The position numbers were made by a program, and so were the translations under genes. The notes beneath the pieces were generated by a model. That model ran no database searches. It was not told where the DNA came from and saw only the letters and a program-made list of their open reading frames with translations. A DNA stretch of 58,608 nt, the filler included, from Sphacelaria rigidula (lineage: Eukaryota), in NCBI GenBank assembly GCA_964200075.2. It is 10 parts of 10 records of this genome, joined end to end, with 100 filler letters (N's around TTAATTAATTAA, not from the genome) between each part and the next. Parts side by side here need not be neighbours in the genome. Positions count along the whole stretch, not along the records: positions 1 to 5,771 come from CAXNAA020024588.1; positions 5,872 to 11,642 come from CAXNAA020024589.1; 8 more parts are not named here. The stretch is one strand, 5' to 3'. Shown in pieces: positions 1 through 11,742 of this stretch. How positions within the stretch are numbered: position 1 is the first letter of the stretch; every line of letters begins with the position of its first letter.

Positions 1-111
1 TAACCCTTGGACCGCGGTGCCCGTAGTCCATCTGGACCACGCGTGTACTTTTTCCAAGTGAATATCGATGCCGATTCAGCAGGTGACCTACTCTCGCGGT
101 CTGACGGTCAA
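1..111. mobile_element. piggyBac-like MITE unit (same family as the 34.4-35.1 kb chain)
   Basis: Starts (T)TAA-CCCTTGGACCGCG and ends CGCGGTCTGACGG-TCAA; internal GTAGTCCATCTGGA...GATTCAGCAGGTGACC is shared with 34511-34591 and 34843-34921. Confidence 0.6.
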
Positions 112-1436
112 GTCCTCCTGCGGAGTTTGGGGGGGGAAGATACTTTCGCTCTGTGTTACTCTTTCGAATCTTCTCTGCAGTACAAAAATGCGACTTCAGC
201 CCCATTTTAGTTTTGAACCCCAAAATTTAAAATCGGCTGTTATCTCGTGATTCGCTTGTCTTCGCCGGCAAATTGAAGGGCAGGGTGATACTGCCTGCCC
301 GTGTAGGACGTTCACAGCTACCGTAAACATCGTTCTCACAACCTCTCCGTGAAACGGGGGGCAGTAGGAAACGCGACGGCGTGATCGACCGGCCCTCCCG
401 GAATACAGGAGTAGCACACACGAATTAAAATACCGACTGGCTGTAGATTGCTCCGCGCTAAGATTGCAACATGCTTGCTCTCTGTTAGGTGCATGTGCAG
501 ATTCACCCACTCCAGCACCAGCTATAGACTTTACAGACGGTGCGGTAGCGTACATTCGTAGCAGCACAGCAGGCAAGTAGGCAGCTATTAAATTGTTTCT
601 GCTCTCCACTCGAAAGTACGCATGTCTGCAATCGACCTCCACCGTGCTTGATCCCAACAGCTCCACCACCGCTGCCGACGCACACACCGTCCAAGAAGAT
701 GGGCACCGCCAACCCACGGTGCTTTTTACTCCATGACATGGCCCAGAGTGCCACCAACAAGGTTCCTTATGACTCTCACGTGCTTACGAGCGCCACGGCG
801 TGCTCACAGGGCAGCGCTGCGAAGTGTTCCGCTGCAGTCCGAAGTGTTTAAACTTCCCCTGATGTCAAGCTTCGGAGCAAAAAATCGACCCGGTTCATTA
901 TCGGAGAACGCTGAACGCTGGGTCTGAAAACGCCTAAATTTTCCAGGGATGTGCACGGAGGACAATCCGCTCCGCGGTGGGGATTTGTTTTTTCCGAAAC
1001 CTCACGGAGCGGAGCGGATATCCGACTGTGTGAAAAATCACGGATTATGTCGGAGCAGATATCCGCCGATGAAAATGTCGCGGATTACTGCAGAGGGGAT
1101 ATTCGCCAACGAAAATGTCACGGTGCGTAGCAGATTTTAGCCCGCTACGAAAGCACGGTCCGTGGCACACTCTCCGCATTTTTTTCACATCACCGACTGT
1201 GCCATCATGTGTTGCCGCACGGCATATTATGTACTGTAATGATGGAGTGTCCTGCCCTATTTTATGGTAGAGCTCCACGGTACGACACGTTACTCGAAGG
1301 ATTGTGCACCGCCTGTCTAATGTTCGCCGCGTTACCACACTCATGTCGAACATGACTGTTTGTGCACACGACTGTTCACACGTCGGACGAGTCATTAGTC
1401 GTCGAAACGAGTGCACTCGTGAATTTGTTTTGAGAA

Positions 1437-1900
1437 CACAACGAGCAGTGACTCGTGCGCTCGAGCCATTACTTTTGTTTACAAGCAGCAATAACTCGAG
1501 TGCTCGCGCTCGTATTTTTTTCCACAACCAGCAGTGACTCGGGTGCTCGCGCTCTTTTTTTTTTTCCACAACCAGCAACGACTCAAGTGCTCGCGCTATT
1601 ATTTTTTTCCACAACCAGCAATTACTCAAGTGCTCGCGCTATTGTTTTTTCCACAACCAGCAACGACTCAAGTGCTCGTGCTAGTATTTGTTTCCACCAC
1701 CAGCAATTACTCGGTTGCTCGCGCTATTGTTTTTTTCCACAACCAGCGATGACTCGAGTGCTCGCGCTAGTATTTTTTCCCACTAGCGATGACTCGAGTG
1801 CTCGCGCTATCATTTTTTTCCACAACCAGCAATGACTCGAGTGCTGGCGCTATTATTGTTTTCCATCACCAGCAACGACTCGAGGGCTCGCTCTATCTTT
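1437..1900 (+). repeat. Minisatellite, ~11 units of ~42-43 bp
   Basis: Consensus CCACAACCAGCAATGACTCGAGTGCTCGCGCTATT-T(n); units start near 1522, 1566, 1609, 1651, 1694, 1737, 1780, 1819, 1863. Confidence 0.95.
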
Positions 1901-2406
1901 GGTCCCCCCGATTTCGATTTCGAACTAATCGGGGCCTGAAAACAATCAAGATCCGTCGCCATAATATATGGTCTCATATCGCTGGTGGTTTCACGTACAT
2001 ACTACAAAACGTATTTGGAAACGCAACCAGCAATGATTCTTTCTGTGATGTTTTTCCAGACTGGCGGAAGCGGCCGCAGTTGTGCTATTTATCTGTCTGT
2101 CTCGCTGAATGTCTGAGTCGTGCCATACAAATCGACGGCGCTAGTTTTAACTGTCTGAGTTGCGATGTGTGTAAGTCAGCGCCGGCGGCATCGTCACCCA
2201 AGGTGAGTCGCAAGGTTCACCTGCGCGGTGCCATTTGTCACAGCCGGAGCTTTACCGACAGACCACTGATTGCCCGATATGTGAGATCGCTACCCATTTG
2301 TCCGATGTCTGCACCGTAAAATCCGAGAAAATGGATCGAATAAAATGGATCTTCTACATCTGCCACATCTGCTCTTGTTTTGTCTCTCGTCTGTCGTTTG
2401 ATCTAG

Positions 2407-2848
2407 TGGCGGACCCTTCAAGAACCCTCAAAATACCCGAGGGACGAGGACAACCTTATGTTCTCGAAGAGACTACGTAGAAAGCGTGCGGAAGGATGTG
2501 GAGTGCTTCTTCGGCATTCTCAAAGCTCGCTTCAGGATCCTGAAGCTCGCTATGGCCTACCAGAAGCAGGAGCGCATCGACAACGTCTTCTTCACGTGCT
2601 GCATTCTGCACAACAAGCTCCATACCTCCGACGGCATGGACGGCCTGGTGGAAAACGTCAAGTGGGTCGGAAGTGCTGAACTCCGGTCTACGTGGGAGTA
2701 CAATCTGAACTCCAGCTCTGTCGGGACAAAAGACATCAACGAGAAGCCCCAAATCGAGGCGGGGCACTTTGAGCTGAAGAAGCAACTGATCACCAGCTTC
2801 ATGTACCGCAAGAGACACAAGAAGGACATTGTGTGGATTTCACGGTAG
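2407..2848 (+). pseudogene. PIF/Harbinger-superfamily DDE transposase, last exon, frameshifted
   Basis: Pyrimidine tract plus CTAG acceptor at 2403-2406. Reads WRTLQEPSKYPRDEDNLMFSKRL, then a 4-bp insertion near 2477, then ESVRKDVECFFGILKARFRIL...CCILHN; R..VE..FG.LK.RF and C.LHN are Harbinger/DDE_Tnp_4 C-terminal motifs. Upstream catalytic exons not found. Confidence 0.85.
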
Positions 2849-3301
2849 AGGGGTTCAGTCGGCGGATTGTTATCACTTGGGAGTGACTAGCGTGACGTGG
2901 TCAGGTCACTCCCAGCTAGAAGAATGTTCCGCGTGGTTCTGGCCCCCACGCGCCCTTCATCAGCGCCCGCCGCCACTCTTGCCTTTGGGCGGATACGGGT
3001 GTTCTAGTCGGTAGATCTGAGGATTTGTACTTTAACAATGGTTGGTACTCGATTTTACTTGATGTCAGACTCAACAAAGTCCTGAGAAAATTCATGGTCT
3101 GGGGCAGGTGAGCAGTGGTCAGCAGTAGACCCAGCGCGTCCACAACGTGTTTTCGTCCAACATCGGCTCAAAGGCGTCGATTTAAGCTCTGGCAACGCAC
3201 ACTTTGCGCACACTCTGCACCCCCTTGCCCGAGGGTTCTCGGTATGCCTTGGTCGGGGTTAGGGTTAGGGTTGGCGGCATCTCCACTCAGTTTTTTTCAC
3301 A

Positions 3302-3640
3302 AGGGACAATGACTCGCGTGCCCGAATCATTACATTAACGAGCAGAGTCTCGCGTGCTGCCCCGATTATGTTTTTCCACAACGAGCGAAGACTCGTGCGC
3401 TGACCCGATTGATTCTTTTTCCACGACGAGCGAAGCCTCGTGTGCTGACCCGATTACCTTTTCTCCAGAACGAGTGAAGACCCGTGAGCTAACCTGATTA
3501 TTTTTTTTCCACAACGAGCCAAGACTCGTGTGCTGACCCGATTACCTTTTCTCCACGACGAGCGAAGACTCGTGTGCAGCCCTGATTATTTTTTTCCCAC
3601 GACGAGCAAAGACTCGTGTGCCCACCCGATTGATATTTTG
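3302..3640 (+). repeat. Minisatellite, ~8 units of ~44 bp, related to the 1437-1900 array
   Basis: Consensus CCACRACGAGCGAAGACTCGTGTGCTGACCCGATTA-T(n); units at 3376, 3421, 3465, 3509, 3553, 3597. Confidence 0.92.
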
Positions 3641-4505
3641 CAAACGTTCCCGTGAGATCCAGAGCAGAGCGCTAATTGAGAGTGGCTATGATCGTTCGCT
3701 TTGACATAGCCGAAAGAGATCCCTCTCTCATTTTTTGCCTCCATCACTGCCGTGCACACAGCTACACGCCGATGTCCTACTCAGGGATATCGACGGCCTC
3801 AGTGGCACGCTACTGCAGAAAGCATAGTGGGCTTCGTGGAGGGAGAGTTCGGAACTGAGATCTTTCATTCCCTAACTGGCCGTTTTTTTCTCTCGATCGT
3901 ATCTTCTGTTCTCAATCTCGCGAAAACATCGTGTTGGTAGCAGCAGCAGCAGCAGTGCGAAGTGGTAGTGATTGATAGCGGCGGTATAGGAATCGACAGT
4001 GCGGGTACTGCGGCAGAGACGGAACAGGTCGGGATGGCTGGGGTGCGGAATCCGAAACCTCTGCCGCGCGAGGTGTAAAAAACGCAGGAACAAGATGAAA
4101 TAAAAACTAGAAAATAAATTCACCCGTTTTTGATCATCAACAGATATTTAAAACTTCGAGGATCCATTTTTTTTGTCCTCAAGCTACGAGGTGCAACTCG
4201 CGAGGAGAAATCATCATAATCCCAAAACGAAGATACAAAAAATCAACAAAATGCGCATACGGGACTAAAGTCGATCCGTAGACAAGCAATGCACCATGAA
4301 ATAAAGAAAAGAAAAAAACACACACACACGCACACACAAATAAAAGGAACACGATCCAACCCCAACACTCAGGGTTTGGGTGTGACGGATGAACCAACGT
4401 GCCGCATAGCACTAAGCGTAACTGGCGGCGCATTCCAGGCTACTGTAGCTACTACTGTAGTGCTCATTAGTCAACCTGAAGCATGATACTACACGCCGTC
4501 GTCGC

Positions 4506-5675
4506 TCAAATATCACATGCCCCGGTACTATGAGTCGCGCTGAGAGAAGAAAAACCTGGCAGGGCAACATAAGCAAGGGTAGTGTCGGCAGAAGATGGCG
4601 CAGCCGTAGCCGAGAGGGAAGCTGACGCAGCTGCGGGAGCTGGTGTTGTCGCAGCCAGAGCGATGCCGGCGTCCACAAAGTGCGAAAGGGGTCGTCTGTA
4701 CGTTTCACGGATCCTGGTGCGCATCGCAGAGCTCTCCGCGGTATCCTCGGGAATGAACTCCAGCTCTCCCCGCAGTTCGGCTATCACAGAGTTCTTTCGG
4801 GCCTGGGCGGCGGCCGCTGTGTCCTGCCGCTCCCTGAGTGCGTCTCGGCGCTCGTTGTCTGCGTCTCGGCGCTCCTTGGCGGCGACAGACGCCGCCAGAG
4901 ATTTCACGGCAGTCACCAGTTCTGCAACTTGACTATTTCGTGTTTCCTGATTTTTCTGTCCCGCGGCATGTTTGCATGCACCGCTGCAATTCCGCGTTTC
5001 ACCTTGGCTCGGCTTTGGACTTCGCCGGCACCGACAAACGCTCTAATGGTCGCTGAGTCAAGGTTACCGCCTGACCCAGCCTCGATAGAGCCGAGCTCGT
5101 TCTCGAAATCGTCGTCGTGGCCGTTGGTGACGCCCGGTTCCGTGTTAGCCTTCCGCTTCCCCGGTCGCTTTGGAGGGCCGCTCGTGCGCCTCGCGGTTTT
5201 CAGGTCGGCGTCCTCGCTAGGGCTGGGCCTCCCGATGAAGCAGTACGTGAGTAGGTACTGGTGCGTCCACTTCGCGGGCCGTGCCGGATACTGTTCGGAC
5301 ACTCCATCGAGATCGGCGGCACAACCGTCGCTGTCCTCGGTCCCGGCACCGTCTGCCGGCTTATTCTTGATGCCGTCGCACCCCTCGTCGATCCCGTCTG
5401 CAGCATGTTGCCTCTTTTCGGCTGCCCCGCTGTTGTACTCCTCCCAACGTTCCGTATCATCGTTCTGCTTGTCAGTCGGTGCCCCGACCCCGCGCGCCTC
5501 ATCCCCCGTTTTTTCACCGCCGCGAGGACACGCACCCTCCACAAGTTCATCTTCCCCCACCGGCCTTTCCGCGGAACCGGCTGTTCTTGCATAAAGCCCG
5601 TCTAGTAGGTATTCGATGGCATCGTGTCCGGTCTGCCCCGAGGGCAGATTGCCACCAGGTTGGCCCCTCACATAC
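4506..5675 (-). pseudogene. Frameshifted acidic/coiled-coil ORF, possibly the Harbinger accessory (ORF2) protein
   Basis: Acceptor CATAG|G, exon starting 5675. ORFs 4913-5671 and 4506-4916 fuse if one base is restored (...EIVKLQ/ELVTAVKSLAASVAAKE...). Convergent with the transposase; ORF2 identity is positional inference only. Confidence 0.5.
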
Positions 5676-5771
5676 CTATGCGAGACGGAGGAGAGGGAGG
5701 ATGGAGGGGGGGGGGGGGGGGGGGGTGCCGGCGGCTCCTCTCGACGCGCGCCCTATGCCGAACCCCACCCA

Positions 5772-5871
5772 NNNNNNNNNNNNNNNNNNNNNNNNNNNNN
5801 NNNNNNNNNNNNNNNTTAATTAATTAANNNNNNNNNNNNNNNNNNNNNNNNNNNNNNNNNNNNNNNNNNNN
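5772..5871. other. Artificial contig linker
   Basis: N44-TTAATTAATTAA-N44 (stops in all six frames). Confidence 0.99.
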
Positions 5872-6271
5872 TCACCTCGCACAAGGGTGACAAAAACACC
5901 CCCCGATACCGCGGTTCTTTCCACGCACTAAGAGAAATATCGTAGCGACAACGACGTGATGGAAGACAACACGATCAAGACTGCACCCATTAGAACCCCA
6001 ACATACAGCATAGTGTACGAAAGCAGAACGCGAAAAAAAAAAAACGCGAGAGTGTTCACCAGACGCTCCCATCACGCGCAAGGATACCATACAGGCACAT
6101 TCCTACATTTCTGCGTCCCACCATCCTGTACCCCGCCGACGGCGGGGCGTACTCCTTCAGCCGTCGGTTCCGCGCGCCCCAGCACCGAATCCCCTCCCCC
6201 CATCTCCTTTCTCTCCCGCCGACTGTCCCGTATAGGCCCTGGCAGTAAGGGATGCTTCATCCATCAGTGGT

Positions 6272-7538
6272 TCACGAACAGAGATCGCCACGACCTCCAA
6301 TCGTCCCCACCACCTCCATCGGTGTCTCAGGCACACTTTCCTCTTCTGTAGAGAGATCTTGCTCCCCTGCCGCGGCTTGCGTATCCTCTTCCAAGTCTGC
6401 TCCAGCGGCTTGTGTATCCTTTTCCGAGTCTGAGATTTGGCGAGTACTCATTCGCGCTGATCCATCACTAGCGCGGTCACCAGCAACCGCAGCCACTGCG
6501 GCACCGAATCTCGGGGACTTTTCGTTGTCAGACATCGGTTGAGCACCGGCGCTGGCTCGGGCTGCCGCGGCCGTCGCCCCAAACGTCGGCGGACCCCCTG
6601 TTCCATCTCTTTCCTCAGCATAACCGCCGCCGCGGGTGGCTGCCTCGCCTGCCCCACCATCGACCGACGGGCCCTCGCTCCGGTGCGCGGCTTGTGCGCC
6701 GCCGCCGCCACCTACCCCTGCCGCGCCTACCGCAGATAAGGTGGGGGAAACCACCCTCCGATGTCCGGACACGACGCCGCTGGCGCTACGAGGGGCTGCC
6801 GCTGCTGTCACACCCAACGTGGGTGAGATCCATTTCCGAGGCGTGGACTCAACAGCAACATCACCGCCACCAGAGGCTGGCGTACATGCCGCAGCAACGA
6901 TCGATGCGTCACTGTCCCGGGGCGCCGCTTCAACATCATCATCGGGCGTCGCCATACCTTTCCCCTCCTCCGGTCGCATTGGCTCATGAGCATGGTCTTC
7001 ACTCGCTTCTAACCCCAATCCTGCCCGTGGTCGTGGCCCTCCACTGTGGTCACGACAGACAGCGGGGAATGGCGTTTGCACCTCCCGAGGCCGCTTCTCC
7101 CTCCCTGCTGGCACAATTGTATCGGCCGCTGCCGGTCGTAGTATCGCCGGGGAATCAGCTGAGAGGTCGGGGTGTGACCCTTGTTGGCAGTCAACAGCAA
7201 GGTTGACCAGGTTTCTACCGACAAACGTTGAAAATGCCTCCGCTCGATGTGGCGGCATCTCTTCCACGATGATGCGCTTCAGAAGCATAGCGAAATTGTT
7301 GACAACATCGAAGAGGAGCATGTTCGTGGCGTTGGTGTCGCTGGTGATCCCTTCGTCGGAGGAGAAGTACTCGTGTTGAAAAAAGCACAGACGATCCTCG
7401 TGCTTCCCGAGCAGCAATTTCGCACACACGCCGTGCAACAACAGCAGGGCGGACTCCGGCATACTTGGGAGAGCAAATTGCCCCGGAAGCTTCGTCTCAC
7501 GACAAAGAATGTGCCGCGGGTGCACGGTGTCGACTAAC
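6272..7538 (-). CDS. Large exon of an unknown protein (globular N-terminal part, Ala/Gly/acidic low-complexity tail), possibly decayed
   Basis: Long open frame; acceptor TTTTTTTCGCTGTAG|G with AG at 7540-7539; internal DTQAAG/DTQAAAG repeat. No domain recognised. Confidence 0.5.
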
Positions 7539-8054
7539 CTACAGCGAAAAAAAGAGAATGGAGTTGAAAGAGTTTCGGTTGAACGTAGGGGGCTATGCGG
7601 ACCGACGGTCATGAAATTGCGCTTCATGGCATGCTGTGGGAATGTGACGTGCGTGTTTTCTTTGCTTTGGGGTCGACATATCGGAGCCTGTTGGATGGAT
7701 AGCAGCGGGAGGCAGGGTCGGTTTCGTGATCACCGCCAAGCTGAAATGAAGTTGTGTGTGCCCGATACCGGGCAGTACTGTCGTACTGTGCTGTGTTTGT
7801 TCTACTGTACAGTACCGTACCGCGCAGGGGGGGGGGGGGGGGGGGGGCAACATGGGCACTCTAGCCCCAAGTTTCTGCCGCAGATCCCTGTATTTCGGCG
7901 CCCTCTTGCGGGGAGAGCCTCATGGCGCAAGGGGTAAACGGCGGGTGCAGTGAATAGAGTGATGGCGGCGCGCGAAAGCCCGCGTGCGGCCCATGGAAAT
8001 GGGCAGCGAGGGGGTGGTAAACGGCGTGATACATGAGGGGGTAACCCGCGTGCA

Positions 8055-9818
8055 TTATGCTGAGTTCGTGCGACGCCACAGGCATGTACAGTCGAATATG
8101 TCCCACGCGATGCTGCGTGAGGGCTGTCGGCGCGATACTCGCGTGTGATTACAGCGGCATGGAGGAGTAAATGGTGTTGGTGACGGCACGACAGTTGTGC
8201 GGGCAACGAGGTGCATATCGGAAAGAGGTGGGCATGATTGCCACTGTGGTTTCGACCACGACAAGAGCAATGCTACGGTAGGGGTACACGTTTTACGCGA
8301 AATGTTGTCTAGTTCAAGGGCTCCTAACAATTCTAGATGCACAAGAATATGGATCAGGGTATCCCCGTTTGCAAATTCATTCGGGATATGCCCAGCGCAT
8401 TGGAGTAGTAATCCTGGCGTACTTTTACATATTTTCATAAGTTGTGTTTTGCATGAGATCAAGGGCTCCTAACAATTATAATCTCAGAAAATGTTTGTGC
8501 ACCCCTACCGTAGCATCACTCCCAAGGCACTGCCGTTTGCATAGGGGTTGGCCGTGAAAGTTCAAGCATTTGTAAGGTAACCGCGCACCGTGAGGGCACA
8601 AGCTTCTGGCTTATGGCGCTTCCAGACGGGTGCAATTTGGTGTCGTTTTATCAGGGGGTGGTTTATACCGTGACAGCGTTGAAGTGTGGAGTGACCCCCT
8701 CACACACAGGCGGGTAGCGGTGCGCACGAGTGGGAGAAAGCAAGAGGAGTGGAGCGGAGGCGAGCGTGACAGTACTGCATTACACCCTCGCGCTGTTATT
8801 GGGGTAAGCGTATGCTGTTTTCAATAGTTTTGTGCGCGACTGTGAACATCGCTGCGTGCTTGGCCTCACCTGCTCTTCGCTGCGAAGGTGTGCCTAAGGT
8901 GCGGTGTTGTACAGGCAGTGCAAGCAGTCCCCTCCGCCTTGTGCTGGGCTTTCCTGCACGTGGGGAGAGCACATGATACCAAACAGTCTAGGTTGGTGTT
9001 GATTGTAGTGGTTGGATAGCGATCTGTGCGTACGTTCTTTGCCTGTGCAGCCTGTACTGCTTCATCTGTTTTTAGAGCCAGTGTGAGCACCCTTCCAGCA
9101 TTTCAGCCACTCTGCCCAGCTCGAGAGTCATCGCGAGCGACCGGTTTTCAGCGGTCAAAGGCACTTCTTCGCCCGTGCCAACGGGTGTTTTCGTTTCCCT
9201 ATGATATGAGGTCGTCGCCTTTGCGCTGTTTTGGGTTGGGGGGGGTTGCGTGATTGAGTTGTACACGCAGATGCGCACGCTCTACAGACCGTGCGATGCA
9301 TGAGCCTCACCTTGTAGGGGCTCAGCCTCGAGTAGGTCTTCTGCAGACCTTGTTGTCAACGTCCCCAACCTCCACGGAAGCAGTCGTAACACCAATCACG
9401 CCATTCTTTTTAGCAAATTCGGTCCACCTACTGTGGTGAACGTTCCACTGCCGGTGAAAGCAGCCGTCAAGACGCTGTGGTGGACCCAGGACGGCCTGTG
9501 AAAGACGTGGGTGTCCGCATTCACCCGCGTTGAATATGCAGGACCCGAAGAGGACGGCCCGTAACGGCCTCAAAACCGCCGTGCAGCGGTGATGCTTACC
9601 TCCGTCGTTTGGCGCCGATAGGGCTCTGTTTCCAAAACTGTTTTTTTTACAGCCTTTGTGTGCTCCCTGTGCGAGTGTTATTTTCTACTGTTGTCGCCGT
9701 TACATGCAACGCCTTCGATGTGTTTTCTGACAACCGTCATGTTCAAGTCCGGAGCGTACCACCTGATTTGTGGGGGTTCTTCCCACCCACCGTGTTCACC
9801 ACACGCGGTAGTTGACCC
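8055..9818 (-). pseudogene. Decayed multi-exon coding relic with short introns
   Basis: Donors GAG|GTAAGC (~9599), AAG|GTGAGG (~9310), CAG|GTGAGG (~8869); acceptors TTTCACAG (~9496) and AAAACAG (~9226). Phase-compatible peptides (...TEPYRRQTTE|AVLGPPQRLDGCFHRQW...) are broken by stops and frameshifts. Confidence 0.4.
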
Positions 9819-10081
9819 TGTTATACGCGGATATTCGGCTTCTCCACTTGACAGCGGTTAGCACGATATCTTTCTTTACGCAGGGGGAGCACTATACGCT
9901 GAGATATCCTTGCTGGCATGCACGCGATGTTGGCTGAAACATGATGAAAAAAAGCTGCGGAATCACGCGTTCGGTCTATTTTCAGTATAAAATTCAAAAA
10001 CTACGGATCTTGGAAACATCAGACGCTAACTACTGTAGACCATCAGGATAAGCTGAATAGTCATACCCTCCTTGCGACGGG

Positions 10082-11497
10082 TCATAGTACGGTAGTTGGC
10101 TGCCGGGGTGGGCATCCCCCACGCCCCGAAGCACAGTACCTGTGATCAAATCCAAGCCCTGCGCCCCGCCCTCCACGTCTCGCTTGCTGCTGATGTTGCT
10201 GGGGTTGCTGGCGTTGTTGCTGCCGTTGTTGTTGCTGAGTGAGCTGCGGTGATTGGGTGAGAATCCTACCGCGTCCACTACCCCCACGTCCTCCAAAACT
10301 GTCTGTACTTTGGTATTGCTGCTGGCGAACACCATTCCACGCACCACGATCACCACGGCTTTCTTGTGCGTGCATGTTTCGTTGTTCGTGGCAGTCAGAG
10401 TCATCGTGATGGGTCGTATTGTGGAAATGACAAAAAACATCACCCTGCTGTCGACGTCTCTCACCGCCCTGTTGTCGTCCATTTTGCAGCACGCCCCCAC
10501 CTCTGCCACCCCCAGCGGCAGCGACGAGCGCGTGGCCTTGTACCCCATCCTGATTCCTTCCTGCCCTACTCCTGGCCAGTTCCATCTCACCATGCGCCGT
10601 CTCCACCTTGCGCCCCAGGGTATCTGTTGTTACTTCATCGAAAGCAAGCAGTACACCACGAACGATGTCGAAGTCACTTGAAAGGCGGCGTATGTAGTGC
10701 CGATTCGCATCTGCATCTGATATCACGACTCCAAGCCTAGTATGTTTGTACCGTATCAATTTCGCTCCATCTAGAAACACACGGGGGTCCTCTCCCAAGT
10801 TCGTATCGAGTGCCTGCCATGCATGGTCCAACTGTGCCTTTTCGGTGGTTGGAGAAAAGGTGTAGTAGTCGACGACGTACTTCCATCCCTCGCTGGGGTT
10901 TCCCAGTCTCACTAGTTGTTGTACAACAAGCGGATTGAAAGTAATTTTTTCGACTAATATGCTCCATGCTCTGCTGGCCTTCCCCACCAACTCGGTCCCG
11001 TACCTCTCGATCAAATCCCGCTCATTATCAAAATGTACCCTTATCGGAAAATATGTGTAAAGAGCCTCTTCGCAAGACTCTTGCTTAAAGTACCCTGTCA
11101 TATGTAGCTTGAAACCCATGAACTTCTCTCTTACTTCCTCACCACCACTCTTTGCCGTGCCATCCCACGCTGCAATACTGTTATGCGAACGTACCCTCAA
11201 AATGCCAGACTGTACCATCTGGGCTTGACCCTGTGAATGCAGGGGTGCGTCTCGAACGTCTTGAAACGCTGCTGTAGTAGTCGTAGGTTGGAATCGTTGC
11301 TGGGGGGGTGTAGCTCTTGTTGCTGACGCGCGCGCTGCCAGTCTTGGATCCTCTTCGTGTGCTTGACTTTGTTGTCGCAGTTCTTGTATCTGTTTCTCTT
11401 GCTCCTGGATGTATCCTGATAGTATCTCTCTCACCGCGTCTGGGTCGACGTCTTGTATCTTGGTCATAATGTTGTCTACTTGATTTTTGGAGTCCAT
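10082..11497 (-). mobile_element. gag: Ty1/Copia-type retrotransposon Gag ORF (471 aa, open), no pol downstream
   Basis: Intronless ATG ORF with WDG...F..F start, AWSIL...P.EGW...Y, GEDP.VF, RRLSSDFD, HALVA and Gly/Arg/Gln-rich tail, plus a knuckle CHFHNTTHHDDSDC; layout parallels the gag at 54160. Confidence 0.75.
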
Positions 11498-11607
11498 CTT
11501 TTTTGTCTGAATAAACCCTGAAGTTGCCTGTGCGGAGCGTAGCCTAATCGCAAGCGTAAGGGCTGAATCTCCTACTCAGCGCTGGGGTCTATGTGTAAGA
11601 AAAGGTC

Positions 11608-11642
11608 GTGGGACCTCTGTTGTTGTTGAATTGATTCCCTTG
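11608..11642 (-). promoter_or_regulatory. Putative LTR 3' end (...CAACA) and primer-binding site
   Basis: Minus strand reads CAACA-GAGGTCCCAC about 110 bp upstream of the gag ATG; complementary to the typical eukaryotic tRNA-Gln 3' end (GTGGGACCTCCA) but lacking the TG that pairs with the terminal CA. Confidence 0.45.
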
Positions 11643-11742
11643 NNNNNNNNNNNNNNNNNNNNNNNNNNNNNNNNNNNNNNNNNNNNTTAATTAATTAANN
11701 NNNNNNNNNNNNNNNNNNNNNNNNNNNNNNNNNNNNNNNNNN
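11643..11742. other. Artificial contig linker
   Basis: N44-TTAATTAATTAA-N44. Confidence 0.99.

Noticed and set aside
3222..3273. Telomere or telomere relic (GGGTTAGGGTTAGGG)
   Set aside because: Only two units, inside a dispersed repeat that also occurs inverted at ~35833-35882.
1437..3640. CRISPR-like arrays (partly palindromic ~30-bp repeats at regular spacing)
   Set aside because: The intervening sequences are short T-tracts, not unique spacers; no cas genes; eukaryotic context.
4680..5594. 304-aa plus-strand ORF (likewise 13464-14165 +)
   Set aside because: Antisense shadows of GC-rich minus-strand coding sequence.
5479..5827. ORFs running into X-runs and ending N or LIN
   Set aside because: Artefacts of the N/TTAATTAATTAA linkers; the same applies at every linker.
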